Source: an uncultured Nitrososphaeraceae archaeon (lineage in GTDB: Archaea > Thermoproteota > Nitrososphaeria > Nitrososphaerales > Nitrososphaeraceae). From it: a DNA stretch of 64,000 nt. The notes beneath the pieces are model-generated. The model was not told the origin of the DNA and searched no databases. It worked only from the letters and a program-made list of their open reading frames with translations. The position numbers were made by a program, and so were the translations under genes. Location of the stretch: the NCBI GenBank assembly GCA_963837175.1, contig CAWIMJ010000007.1, positions 1-64,000 of the forward strand, written 5' to 3'. The stretch's first letter is position 1. Every line of letters starts with the position of its first letter. Positions 19,405 through 31,098 of the stretch are shown here, in pieces.

Positions 19405-19566
19405 ATGAGTAAGAGCAAATACAACTTCACTCTTTCAGATAGTGAGTGGCAAACTGTCTTAGACGCTCTTAGTAACACAATATTTAACCAAGATCTTACC
19501 GAGGACGCTAGAAAAAACGCAAAGGAATTGTTTTTGAAACTACAAAAAGAGATTCCTAATAAATGA
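19405..19566 (+). CDS. Small hypothetical protein (53 aa, not in the ORF track)
   Basis: MSKSKYNFTLSDSEWQTVLDALSNTIFNQDLTEDARKNAKELFLKLQKEIPNK; TTTTATAA TATA-like box about 26-33 nt upstream. Confidence 0.65.
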   Translation: MSKSKYNFTLSDSEWQTVLDALSNTIFNQDLTEDARKNAKELFLKLQKEIPNK

Positions 19567-19722
19567 ATAAGTTAAAACCTATTCAACAGGGGTCATATCT
19601 GACAATTTTTATGCTTTAAAATACAAATACAAAAAGGGTAAAATTTTATTTTTGATGGATTATTACTAACATACACTAATATACAAGTTATAGTCCAATT
19701 CTGATTTTGCTATTCTCTTTCA

Positions 19723-20064
19723 CTATTGAAGAACCTTTTCACCCTTATCTAATGTAGCAATATTAATTACTTGATCTATGGCAGATACGAAAATAACTCC
19801 ATCGCCATGTTCACCTGTCCTAGCAGACTCTGTAATAGCCTGAATGACAGAATCCATCAGATTATCAGGAACAACAATTTCAAATTTTGCTTTTGGAAGA
19901 AGATCATATGCAACAGGTTGGCCTCTCCATTGTAAATGGAGTTCTCTTTGTTTGCTCCATCCTGAAACAGTAGAAATTGTCATACCACCGACTCCCAATT
20001 GTCTGAGGCGCTCCTTGACAACTGGCATTCGTTCCGATCTTATAATTGCGTCTATCCTTTTCAT
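19723..20064 (-). CDS. glnB: P-II nitrogen regulatory protein
   Basis: MKRIDAIIR, GMT, LLPK, ARTGEHGDGVIFV. Confidence 0.92.
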   Translation of the reverse strand: MKRIDAIIRSERMPVVKERLRQLGVGGMTISTVSGWSKQRELHLQWRGQPVAYDLLPKAKFEIVVPDNLMDSVIQAITESARTGEHGDGVIFVSAIDQVINIATLDKGEKVLQ

Positions 20065-20320
20065 ATGGAATTCAGTATGCAATTAGTCTTAAAATGTTTA
20101 TGGTGATAATATATTTGAAACTCAGATCAACAATCAAAAATTTACTTTTCTTAAGCAATAGAAAGAAAAAGATCGGATAAAAATTATCAGCTAAACTCTT
20201 AAATCATCTCTATATTATCATTGTGTCTATGAAGGCATCAACAACCCTATAAATTGGCTAATAATCAACATATAGGCTCAAATTTAAATAGTAATAACAG
20301 ATAATATTGAACAGTATTAT

Positions 20321-21172
20321 TTATTTCTTAGTCACTGATTTCATTAATTTAAGAGTGTTTTGCAATGATGCATTTTCTATTGTTATTGCGTTTAAACTCT
20401 CTCCTATAGGCTCCTTTATAGCCTGTCCACCAACTATTATAGGTATAGAAGAGTTAGATCTAATTTTGTTAACTAGCCTTATTCCGGCCTTGACGTTTTC
20501 TTCAAGAGTAATTGATAGGAGAATCAGATCAGGCTTGATATATCCTATATAATGCATAACTGAGTCGACAGGTACTGAAGGCGAAATGTTAAAAACATTG
20601 TATCCTCTACTTAATAACACTGATTCGATGACATTGCAACCGATGTTATGCAATTCACCATCTGGTGTGCATATAATTACTTTCTTCTTGTTGGTCGGTT
20701 TATGTACTCTTTCATTAATTATCTTTACCAAGCTATGTGCAATATTACTACACACATGCTCTGTAGCAATATCAATTCGCTTATGCTCCCAAAGATCACC
20801 TATTTTATACATTACTGGTTTTAACAGGTCGTCATAAAAGTCAGTCAAACCAAACGATTTGGTATACTTTTCGTAAATCTCAATTACATAAGTTAGATCA
20901 CCATTAGATAATCCTGTAACTATTTGCTCGCAAAGTCTTGATAAGACAACCGTACTTTTAACGTCTTGTCTTGAACCATAAGAAGATAAAAAAGCAAGGA
21001 TTTTTGGGTCATTTTGATACTCTAGTGGTATATCGTTAATTGTGATGGTAGATATTTTTCCGAGATATTTTATTGTCTCCTGTCTAGAAGTATTGGTGTT
21101 TTTGTTCCAAATGCTTCGAACCAAATAGGCATAATCAATTCCTTTTACTTTCTTTTTTCTGATATAAACCAT
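20321..21172 (-). CDS. Cobalamin-binding (B12-binding_2 + B12-binding) protein with a basic N-terminal domain
   Basis: IGDLWE...ATEH and GELHNIG motifs as in CarH/LitR-type B12 domains. Confidence 0.85.
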   Translation of the reverse strand: MVYIRKKKVKGIDYAYLVRSIWNKNTNTSRQETIKYLGKISTITINDIPLEYQNDPKILAFLSSYGSRQDVKSTVVLSRLCEQIVTGLSNGDLTYVIEIYEKYTKSFGLTDFYDDLLKPVMYKIGDLWEHKRIDIATEHVCSNIAHSLVKIINERVHKPTNKKKVIICTPDGELHNIGCNVIESVLLSRGYNVFNISPSVPVDSVMHYIGYIKPDLILLSITLEENVKAGIRLVNKIRSNSSIPIIVGGQAIKEPIGESLNAITIENASLQNTLKLMKSVTKK

Positions 21173-21636
21173 CCTTTATTATTAATATTCTTGTTAATAA
21201 TTTTAAAGTATCCTATTATACTAACCGTCCTATCGTTTTATTATTCTCAATTTTCGATTCTGCTTCCAATAGTAAGAAGTATAATTCTATATTCTATGCC
21301 GATGATAAAATAACCTTAGATATTTTTACTTGATGATTGACATAGTTCATTTTAATTCTGCATTTAATTTAATTTAATTTGAAAATTAAAAAATAATTTA
21401 TAGTCCGCTATAATGTATCACAATTTCTCTGATAGCCAAATTTAGTAATTGAAAGCTGTTCATCATCGAAGACAATCTACTGCTTCACTAGCTTATGTCT
21501 TACCAATAGAAAGCAAAAGATAGTCAAGGCATTCTCATCACTTCTTATTTTTGACTTATCTGATTCTATGAACTTGCTAATAATTTCTTACACATTCTAG
21601 TAATATATATTTCGAAGTAGAGTTATTCTGGATATT

Positions 21637-22281
21637 ATGTTAGGAGATATCGATATAAGAAGGTTGATTGAAAAAAAACTTGATAAAATATACGATGACT
21701 TTACGACCGTAGATAAGAGTAATCCTGACAGGATTCATGCTCTTGAAGTAACTAGGTGCACTCGATTATCATACTATGAACGCAAAGATCCTCTCCTTGC
21801 TGATAAAACTGAAAGGCTTTCTGTTCTGCTCAAGGATGGTATCAGACGGACATTTAATAATATTCACGGCGAATATAAAGTCGACAACTTAATACTTGAA
21901 GTGAATGCAGATATGATAATTAATGAAGAGTTTATTTTAAGATTTGAAGTTGTAGCGGATCTTCCTGAAATTCCTCATCCACGAGATCTTTTATATCTGA
22001 ATTCATGTCTTTTCGCCTTTAACAAAAATGATGGAATTATAATGTATATTAATTTGGAAGGAAGAACCATCGAGTTTTCTGTTACTAAAAATAATAGGAT
22101 GTTTGAAGAGATTATACGAAGAACACGCGTGTTGAATACATTATTGAAGGAACGCAAAGTTCCTATAATAGAGCCTTCTGAGCTTTGCTTAAAATGTAAG
22201 TATTATGGGAGATGCTATTATAGAGAAAATAAAACTTCCAACTTTTCTCTGGAAACCTTGCTTGGTCTTGGAAAAAAGTGA
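21637..22281 (+). CDS. Solo Cas4-like / PD-(D/E)xK-fold protein
   Basis: CTRLSYY and C-terminal CLKCKYYGRC form a split four-Cys Fe-S pattern; no CRISPR array nearby. Confidence 0.7.
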   Translation: MLGDIDIRRLIEKKLDKIYDDFTTVDKSNPDRIHALEVTRCTRLSYYERKDPLLADKTERLSVLLKDGIRRTFNNIHGEYKVDNLILEVNADMIINEEFILRFEVVADLPEIPHPRDLLYLNSCLFAFNKNDGIIMYINLEGRTIEFSVTKNNRMFEEIIRRTRVLNTLLKERKVPIIEPSELCLKCKYYGRCYYRENKTSNFSLETLLGLGKK

Positions 22282-22498
22282 ATAATTAGATAATACTATT
22301 AACTAGAGAGGCAATACCATTGTGATCTTTATGTGGATCAGATACCTTATTACCTATCTTGCTCTCGCTTCAAAACTATATCCAATAATAACGAGATCCA
22401 GTTTTCCAGTATATACACTTCACTGTTATCTAAGTGGTACTCAAAAGTTTTAACCTATCTGATAGACTGATATATATCAAATTATATTATGATAAATA

Positions 22499-23051
22499 TT
22501 AAGGGAATGTTAAATTAAACTCCATATCTCCCCCAGTTGCTTGGAAACTTGAAGTCTGTTTATATGAATATGTCCCATTTATAATATAATTTGCACGGCC
22601 ATCTACTATCTTATCCCAAATGGCAGCATTCAGATCATTTCTCTCTACAGTTTGAACATCTTTTAAAGTTACTGTACCGTTTCCTATAATAGGATATATT
22701 CCTTCTTGCGAAGCTACAAATCCTTCTGGCTTTTCTCCAATATCTCCAGAAATTACACGCATATTATCTACAAAGACATTATATTGAATTGCTTCAAGAA
22801 TTACAGTTCCCATATTTGGATTATATGCATCAAAAACAACTTGAATTTCGGCAATATTATCAGCAGTTTGGTTGGCGAGCTAGATTATTGACAGAAAGTC
22901 CTATTGCCTTTATATTCATTAATGCGCCCTGATTAAAACCTTGTCCAATAAAGTTAGTATTATTGAAAATTCCTGTATTCATAATAAGAAATATCGCTAT
23001 TGCCACTGCAGCAATACCTCCGCCGGCTGCATACATGGCCTTTTTGTTCAT
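22499..23051 (-). CDS. Membrane-anchored LEA_2-like beta-sandwich protein (frameshift near 22880)
   Basis: N-terminal TM in 22860..23051; YNPNMGTVILEAIQYNV...YIINGT in the downstream frame. Confidence 0.55.
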
Positions 23052-23252
23052 ATTATGTTCATGATTGTGGTTCTTTATAAACAGAGAGAGATCTAGATGG
23101 CCTAATAGATCGCATGTTATATCGATATACGATAGAATCCTTTGGTTATTTTCTCATCACAAACATGTTATATAGCGATCCCTTGTAGACAACGGTCTTT
23201 TATTTATCTCTAAGCATATTACTAGCTCTTTTGTATATTACTATAACAAAGT

Positions 23253-25055
23253 ATGAAGAATGCCGATATAGCGAAGATATTTCGTAAAATTGGATTCATG
23301 ATAGAAATCGGAGAAAATGACATAAATGCAACTTTTAGAGCTAGAGCATACAAGCGAACATCTGATGTCATCGCAAGATTGTCTGCAAACATTGAAGAAA
23401 TATACAGAAAAGAGGGAGTAGAGGGACTACAAAAGATTCCTTCAATCGGAAAAGCAATTGCCTTAAAAATTGAGGAGTGTATAATGACAGGAAAAATAAA
23501 GTACTTTGAACGGTTAAAGACAACAACTCCAATAAATATTGACGACTTTTATAGTTTAGAAAGTATTAGTCCCAAGACATTTAAAGTTCTTTATGATAAA
23601 TTGAAAATCAAAGATTTATCAGATCTAGAAAAAGCAGCATCAGAAGGAAAGCTTCAGGATATTCCAGGTTTTTCTCAAAAGAAAGAAGAGACAATTCTAA
23701 AAAAAATTCAAATATTCAAGAAAGGTACAAGTAGATATCTTATAGGAGAAGTTTATCCTATTATAAAGCAAATAGAATCTCGTCTATCTAATGTTAAAGG
23801 AGTAAAAAGAGCTGTAGCGGCAGGTTCTTTTAGGAGAATGAAAGAAACAATAGGCGATATTGATTATGTTGTAGTCTCTGATAGTCCTGAAAAGGTAATA
23901 AACTACTTTGTTAATATGCCTGAGGTTGATGAGATCATTAGTAGAGGACCAAGCAAGTCATTTGTGCGTCTGAACAATGAAATGGATGCAGATTTGTTGG
24001 TTGTTCCTCAAGAAAGTTTTGGCTCATCACTGCAATATTTTACTGGTAGCAAAGAACATGGTGTTGCAATGCGAAAGATTGCACTTGCAAAAGGTCTTCA
24101 CTTGAATGAATGGGGAATTTTTGACAATGATAAGAAAAGAGTTGCGGGTTTTACTGAAGAAGAAGTTTATCAAGCGTTAGATTTGGATTGGATTCCTCCG
24201 GAGATGCGTGAAAATACTGGGGAAATTGAGCTTGCAAGAAAAAGAGGATACCTGTCAAGGTTAATAAAATATAATAGTTTGAAAGGTGATTTGCAAGTTC
24301 ATAGTAACAATACCGATGGAACAATGTCTATAGAAGAAATGGCCCTAGCTGCAAAAGAAAAATTTGGCCTTGAATATGTTGCTATCACAGACCATACAAA
24401 AAGCTTGAAATTGACTAATGGACTTGATGAAAAACAGATACTGGATCAAGCTAATAAAATTTCAGAAATTAATGACAAGTTAAAATTAATGAATCAGTAT
24501 ACTAAAAGATCAAAAAAAAATCATCATCATCATGATCATCATATATTCTCAGGCAATTTTCGAATTTTGTCATCTGCCGAAGTAAATATAATGAAGGATG
24601 GATCGCTTGATATTGCGAATAATGTGTTAGATAAACTTGACATAGTAGGAGCAGCAATACATTCTAGTTTCGCACAACCAATAGAAGTCCAAACTGAGAG
24701 ATTAATAAGAACTGCACAGAATCCTAGTGTTGATATTATTTTTCATCCTACGGGTAGACGAATAAATAAAAGAGAAGGATATGCTGTTAATATGAAGAAA
24801 TTGATAGATGTAGCAAAAGATACAGACACTGTTCTGGAAATCGATGCTCATTATGACCGTCTTGATCTAAAAGACGATTATATAAGAATGGCAGTTGAAA
24901 ATAGTATTAAACTTGTCATTGATTCAGATGCACATCATCCTGTCCATTTTGCCTTTTTGAAATTTGGTATAGGTCAAGCCAGACGGGGTTGGGCAAAACA
25001 ATCGGATATACTTAATACCTTATCTGTTGATGCATTACTAAAAAGCTTAAAATAA
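23253..25055 (+). CDS. polX: DNA polymerase X / PHP exonuclease
   Basis: HhH IPSIGK, AGSFRR, GDIDY, YFTGSKEH; PHP motifs QVHS, TDH, HPTGR, DSDAH. Confidence 0.95.
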   Translation: MKNADIAKIFRKIGFMIEIGENDINATFRARAYKRTSDVIARLSANIEEIYRKEGVEGLQKIPSIGKAIALKIEECIMTGKIKYFERLKTTTPINIDDFYSLESISPKTFKVLYDKLKIKDLSDLEKAASEGKLQDIPGFSQKKEETILKKIQIFKKGTSRYLIGEVYPIIKQIESRLSNVKGVKRAVAAGSFRRMKETIGDIDYVVVSDSPEKVINYFVNMPEVDEIISRGPSKSFVRLNNEMDADLLVVPQESFGSSLQYFTGSKEHGVAMRKIALAKGLHLNEWGIFDNDKKRVAGFTEEEVYQALDLDWIPPEMRENTGEIELARKRGYLSRLIKYNSLKGDLQVHSNNTDGTMSIEEMALAAKEKFGLEYVAITDHTKSLKLTNGLDEKQILDQANKISEINDKLKLMNQYTKRSKKNHHHHDHHIFSGNFRILSSAEVNIMKDGSLDIANNVLDKLDIVGAAIHSSFAQPIEVQTERLIRTAQNPSVDIIFHPTGRRINKREGYAVNMKKLIDVAKDTDTVLEIDAHYDRLDLKDDYIRMAVENSIKLVIDSDAHHPVHFAFLKFGIGQARRGWAKQSDILNTLSVDALLKSLK

Positions 25056-25097
25056 ATGAATTGATCAGCATATACAATTTTTATATTCCCCTCAGGT

Positions 25098-25676
25098 TAG
25101 TAACCATCGTACAGTATATGCATAGCCCAACTCTAGAGAGAGATGAGACAACTACAAAGAAGATTTTTCTTGGAATTTTCTACTTTTGTGCCGCTGCCAT
25201 GGCGATTATCACCTTTTATTCTATATATGTGAGTACACTAGAATACCTTGTTACAGGAAGAGTAGTTATCGGTGAAGTACTTGTTAACACAGAATTTCCA
25301 GTACCTGGATTTGCAAAACTTGTCACTTATTTAATGATAGTATCTGTGTTAGGATGGTATTGTGTAACCAGACTAGGCGGCGAGAAAGTGAAAAATATTC
25401 CTAAAACTGTAAAGTCTATCTTACAGTTGATTGTCTTATCTCTAGCAGGTACCAGCTCTGTATGAATTCATTTACAATTTTATAGTATGGAATTCACTAA
25501 TCACAGCAGATGCAATAAAAGGAATAATAAGACTTGATGACATAAATGTAGCATATCCTAATCCCAAAACACCGTGGAATCTTGTATTTGCGACCAAAAT
25601 GTCTCTTGCTGCATTTCTGATCTCTGCTCATGGATTTTATACTATGTCTAAACCTAAGAAGAAGCAGCCTGAATGA
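25098..25676 (+). CDS. Multi-pass membrane protein (frameshift near 25450)
   Basis: Hydrophobic helices continue in the shifted frame (LYEFIYNF...PWNLVFATK...) to TGA at 25674-25676. Confidence 0.6.
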
Positions 25677-26611
25677 GATTAATATCTAAAATTAGACATT
25701 ATCGTTGCATTTGCATTTCCTCCATCTAATTTAAATTTTATCATGTTAGAAACTTGTGAATATATTCCATAATAAATTACGCTAAGCTACAGTATGACTA
25801 TCGCCTCTAATAGTACATTCGTTGCAGCTCTCAGAAACTTCATGCAGCTTCATCAGTTTGCTTCTTTTAATATACATGATTAAAAATAATATCGTTAGCT
25901 TTACCAATATCAATGCGAGTCTGCTATCGTAGCATTTGTTTTGAGTTCTTTCTATAAAATCTTTTAACACTACTCTGTAGTTCCTAAAATAGGATAGATG
26001 CATTCAGTGCAACATGCATAGCACTTTTATTTTCTGGCTTTAGCTTTTCTTTATGGATTTCTGATTCCGAATTTTTTATTTAAAGATTAGTATTCTATTA
26101 CTAATAGTCATGATAGGCATAATAATCATTCAATGATTATATCTTTTTTAGTTGATATTTTATTATACTTTATCAATCTTAGAAACTAGACTTATGATCT
26201 GTCAAGAGTAGGTCAACTATCATATTCTCAAAGGAATAATTCTGTCTTCAAATGGAGAGAATTATAGAAGAGGTTGTTAACGACTGCTACCGTTATATTA
26301 CTACATGATGCAAAGTGCTTGATTTAGGGTATATTATATAACAATTTGTTTTATCTACTAAGGTATATAGCAATAAAGCACCAAATTACTGTTACATTGT
26401 TATACAAAGAAAAATAGCGATTAATAATAAATGTTCTACCACAATAGATAATCATATGCCATGAATTTCTACCTGTTAAACAATATCTCAAGAAAATAAA
26501 CAATGCTATTTATCGAGACTCGTCTTTGATATGATAAATGGAGATTTTTGACGAGGCATTATTGACATGACTATTTATTTTTTTGAATTCGTTGATCTTC
26601 TTTGCATTGAT

Positions 26612-27721
26612 TTAACCTGGCCGATCTAGTAGTCCTAAATCATTAATGTATGTTCGAAAAGAGGTTTCAAACTTATTCCATGTATATTTGGATGCATTGT
26701 CTAAGCATACACTCTTCATATATTCTCTATTTTTTATACAATATTCAATTCCTTTAACAATTTCCTGAGGAATTCTTCTGCACATAAAGCCTGTATCTTT
26801 ATGTTTCTGTATATCCAAAATTTCCCCACTATCATCACAATATACAACTGGTTTTCCATATGCATTAGCTTCAAGTGGCGTAATACCAAAATCCTCGTCT
26901 ATGTATGGTGCCAGGAAAACATCACAATTGCTGAATAATTCTGCCTTTTCTTGCTCAGAAAACTCTTTGACTATAATCTGTACATTATTAGGCAGGGTCT
27001 GATTATTTATAGTTTCGATTGTAGTATCATATGGTCCAGCTATCACAAAATCGTAATCAGGCATAATATGTGCCGTCTTTAGTATAATATCAATACCCTT
27101 CTGTATTACATTAAGCCTAGAGAAAGCCAAAATAAAAAAACGTCCACTTTTTTTATACAACTCATCTAGTGTAGCGCTTCGAGCTTGGGATATTGCCGCT
27201 ACTATATCACAACCTGGATGGATAATATCAAAATTGGAAATTCGATTATACTTTTTGAGTCGTATGCCTACTGTTTGGCTGTTCACTATGATGTGTGATC
27301 TTTTGAGATTAGGAGTGAGGTAGATACTATCTGCAAGTCTACATATTACAGTTAATAATATATACACCATTTTTTTTCGTATCCCTTTTTTTTGTTTAAA
27401 TGACTGCCAAAATAGATCGTAGTATTGTTTTATATGATGCTGAAAATATATAATATGATTTCTATGCCTAATGCAATGCGAATCAGGTTGCAGGGTTATG
27501 CTTATATCAAAGTCTGAGAAATCAGCATTAGATATTTTGGCTAAATAGAAGATTCTAAATAAATCCTTCCATTTTCTTGGTAAATACCTAGGCAAATATT
27601 CTTCGCTGTGAATGTATTTGATAAGTACTTTATGATCATCAAGTGCACTTATCATATGCTTGATAATTTCATTATTTCCTCCTTCCTTTTGTCTTCCATC
27701 GGCAAGTATTAGAATCCGCAT
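26612..27721 (-). CDS. Glycosyltransferase family 4
   Basis: QKGID, EDFGITPLEANAYGKPV. Confidence 0.9.
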   Translation of the reverse strand: MRILILADGRQKEGGNNEIIKHMISALDDHKVLIKYIHSEEYLPRYLPRKWKDLFRIFYLAKISNADFSDFDISITLQPDSHCIRHRNHIIYFQHHIKQYYDLFWQSFKQKKGIRKKMVYILLTVICRLADSIYLTPNLKRSHIIVNSQTVGIRLKKYNRISNFDIIHPGCDIVAAISQARSATLDELYKKSGRFFILAFSRLNVIQKGIDIILKTAHIMPDYDFVIAGPYDTTIETINNQTLPNNVQIIVKEFSEQEKAELFSNCDVFLAPYIDEDFGITPLEANAYGKPVVYCDDSGEILDIQKHKDTGFMCRRIPQEIVKGIEYCIKNREYMKSVCLDNASKYTWNKFETSFRTYINDLGLLDRPG

Positions 27722-27730
27722 ATTGGTTTA

Positions 27731-28952
27731 TTACGCCTTTAAACCTCTTCTCGTATCTATTATAGAATAGTATAGTTGGGAATGTTGTCTAGCAACAAAA
27801 TTCCATTTTAGTTTCTGCTTAAACACATCTACAGTTTCAGCATATTTAAAATAATTCCTGTCTAATTTTTTAATTCCCTGGGAAAAAGCGTGAGGATTTC
27901 TTTTGGCAGTTATTCCTAATCCTTTGGCACCAAATTCTCTAAAGAATTCTAAATCTGTAGCTATAAATGGTAATCCATGGGCTAGAGCGTCAAACATTAC
28001 GCCTGACCCAGCAGTTACTTTGTATGGTAATATTGCTACATCAGAAGCGTAAAATAATATAGATAGTTCTTCCTCACTGAGAAACCCCCTTTGTAAATCT
28101 AGGATATTTTCTGTGTTCTCCCAGTTAAGATTGAGGTTTTCAGTACTGTAGTGGCCTTTTGAAGAATTTACTACCAAGATCCATCCATCTGGAAGTTTCA
28201 TCTTTCCTAGAATATCCCAACCTTTAGTAGCTGTCCTAAATCCTAGTGCTAAAGCTATTCTATATCCATGTTCTTGAGGTAGAGAGAATTTTTCCCTTGC
28301 TTCTTTCTTGGTTAGTGGAGGATATATGGCTGGCTCAAATCCATGATAAATTATATGGCATTTACTACTAGCACTGTCCCCAATATCATTAGTACCTACC
28401 ACCAAGTCTCTCTGACATATAACGTGAGAAGACTATGCCTGCTGTGCTCATCCTAAGTTTTTCTTTATTTAAGTTATTGAAAGCCTGATAATTTAGAAAA
28501 TACTTCCAGAACCTTACCAATGCTCGAGCAGGTATCCCTAATTTTCCTATTCTGCCACATTTTTTAATTAATGATGCTTGGCTAATCCATTGACCGAGAG
28601 AATATCCAGTATGAAATGTTGTGACTATAGGGATTTTACATTTGGTATAAAATGGATCAATATATGTCCCACTTTTTTTTGGATCGAATGGATCCAATAT
28701 TAATCCATATAGACCAGGCTCAAATTGTACATGTACAACATCAGGCTTTAGATCATTAATTATTTTTAACAATACATCGGAATTGTTCGGATTCTTAGGA
28801 GCTATACCGGAATATTGTCCATCCCCTTTCTCATCGCATACAACATATACATCTAAACCATCTTTTCTAAGCTCATTTGTAAGGTTTGATGTATAACGTC
28901 CTACACCACCTGGCATGGGTGGATATTCTGTAGAGACCATTAGTACTTGCAT
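27731..28952 (-). CDS. Glycosyltransferase family 4 (frameshift near 28395)
   Basis: EYPPMPGGVGRY N-terminal domain; SGVMFDALAHGLPFI C-terminal domain. Confidence 0.88.
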
Positions 28953-29011
28953 CGTTGTCTTAGATCACCCAATTCTACTTTTCATAAAGATGTAAAGAGA
29001 CCTAATTTTCT

Positions 29012-29512
29012 TTAGCTCCACATTTTACCAAATGTTTGACCTTCCATTAGCGTTAACAGGCCTTGTCTATAAATCTCAAATTTCTTTTTTTTCTCTTCTG
29101 TTAACGCATTATTTGAACGCAATAATTCTTCTAATGCATCTAACTGTAATATTCCCATTGGTATCATCAAGTCCTTTTCTTTTCCTGGTGCTGCTTTGTA
29201 AAGGTAAGGATTTTCTTCTATAGACAATGCCTGTTCTAACCTGAATTGTCTTTTTCTATGTATATAATGACCACCAAGTATGCTAACAATGGTAAAAAGT
29301 ATTGTAGCTGTAATCATAAAAACCCAGATATTTGAGAACACGATATTTAGAACAGGTACATTTTCTAAAAGTAGTTTATACTGAATTGTAATCCAATTGG
29401 TTATAGCTACAAACAATGCTATATATGCTGAATAAAATTGTCTAGATTCCCAAAATCTGCGTCCTAGCCATTCTAGTATCCCACCATATTGTTTATGAAC
29501 CATAAATTTCAA
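29012..29512 (-). CDS. Two-TM membrane protein
   Basis: Hydrophobic segments; located in the GT cluster. Confidence 0.65.
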   Translation of the reverse strand: MKFMVHKQYGGILEWLGRRFWESRQFYSAYIALFVAITNWITIQYKLLLENVPVLNIVFSNIWVFMITATILFTIVSILGGHYIHRKRQFRLEQALSIEENPYLYKAAPGKEKDLMIPMGILQLDALEELLRSNNALTEEKKKKFEIYRQGLLTLMEGQTFGKMWS

Positions 29513-29791
29513 GATAATACAAACCTCTTTTGATTATATAGTTTTGGAAAATATGCGTTTATTAGAACTACAACAACTTTAAAATAAATGATTGGCATTT
29601 TTCTTTCATATGAGAGTAAAAACTCCATTAGCTATGGCTCTGCTTTATTTGATTTCCTCTTCAATATGGCTGATACGAATCTTTTATTTTAGAATAAATA
29701 AAAAGGAAAAGAAGTTACTATAAGAAATCCTGTTAATCTTTTATATAATTCTATTTATAATATATATAATAAGTTATATAAGCAATAGATA

Positions 29792-30970
29792 ATGCGACAT
29801 AATAAGATCCCTCTTTCAGATGGTGCAAATATAAGAGCTGGAGTTGTGCACTATAACATGGAAGCCTACGGAGAGAATCATTAGATTCCCGAATGTGGCG
29901 AGCATGTTGGTCTACATTCTATTCAAGCACTTGATGAAATGGGATGTAAGGTTTTCCTTTGTGCAAGTGCATATCCAAAAAGGGAAGAAACTATTAAGAG
30001 AATAGGAATTGATATAGAAGACTCCATAGATGGATTTGTAAAGGCTATTGGCCGTAATGAGATACTTCCATTTCTTGGAGCCTATCAGAGGATGGTGTAT
30101 ACTTATTCTTTCTTCAAGAAACTGATCAAAGAATATAAGGTTGATTTCGTACTTGTTACGGGAGGATCTACTCTTATTCCAAAGTCAATGGCAGATAAAA
30201 CCATTGTTTACGTTCACTATCCTATTGATCTAGAGCTTATGCATCAACGTTATCTTAATAATAAAATGAAAAAGATTTACATCAAACCTTGGCTATTTAT
30301 TTCAAATAATCTCGATTATATCAAAAGATCTACCATAATTACAAATAGCAATTACACAAGAGATGCAATAAAAACCGCATGGGGAATAGATGCCAAGGTA
30401 ATATTTCCACCTTGCCCACAGTATTCCTTCCCATTAGCAGATCAAGTGAAAAAAAATATTGTCTGCTCTTTAGGAAGGTTTACACCTGAGAAAAACTATG
30501 AGATAATACTTCAAATTGCACGAAGACAGTCTAATACACAGTTTGAACTTATCGGAAGCATTACTCCAGATAAATTTTCATATTTTGAAAAACTAAGGAA
30601 AACTGCACCAAAAAATGTCATCTTCCATGTAAATGCAAGCTTGGAAGATAAAATAGAGGTATTAAAGAGATCTAAGGTGCTGTTACACAGCTTTATAGGA
30701 GAGCATTTTGGAATTGCAATTATTGAAGCCATGAGTGCTGGACTGATTCCAGTGACACATGATTCAGGTGCTGCAAAAGCCGACGGTCTTGTGCCTAGAA
30801 ATTTTAGATACAATGATATAGATGAAGCTGTTGCATCAATTAATGACGCATTTTCTTCATGGAGCATAGATGAATCTCAGAGATTACGACAATATGCCAT
30901 GAGATTTTCAGCAGAATCATTTAGAGCAAATATAAAGTCATTTATATCTAATTGGATTAAATCAAACTAG
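29792..30970 (+). CDS. Glycosyltransferase family 4 (ALG11-like), with an in-frame TAG at 29882-29884
   Basis: YVHYP, NSNYT, GRFTPEKN, EHFGIAIIEAM; in-frame ATG at 29792 lies upstream of the TAG. Confidence 0.85.
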
Positions 30971-31098
30971 CGATCCCAAAGAATTTTAAAGCCAAATTCG
31001 TATGAAGAGAGTAATGACATTGTATCGTTAAGGGCTATAGAGTTGTTAATATATTTATACTAAGCTGTAATTTCCCGTAAACTATAATAGTTACACAG

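Noticed and set aside
21637-22281. CRISPR-Cas system or casposon
   Set aside because: No repeat-spacer array, cas1, PolB or terminal inverted repeats are visible in the window.
29882-29884. Pyrrolysine or selenocysteine recoding at the in-frame stops (here and 793-795)
   Set aside because: No pyl/sel genes or recoding structures are seen; TAG and TGA end many normal genes here, so mutation or error is simpler.
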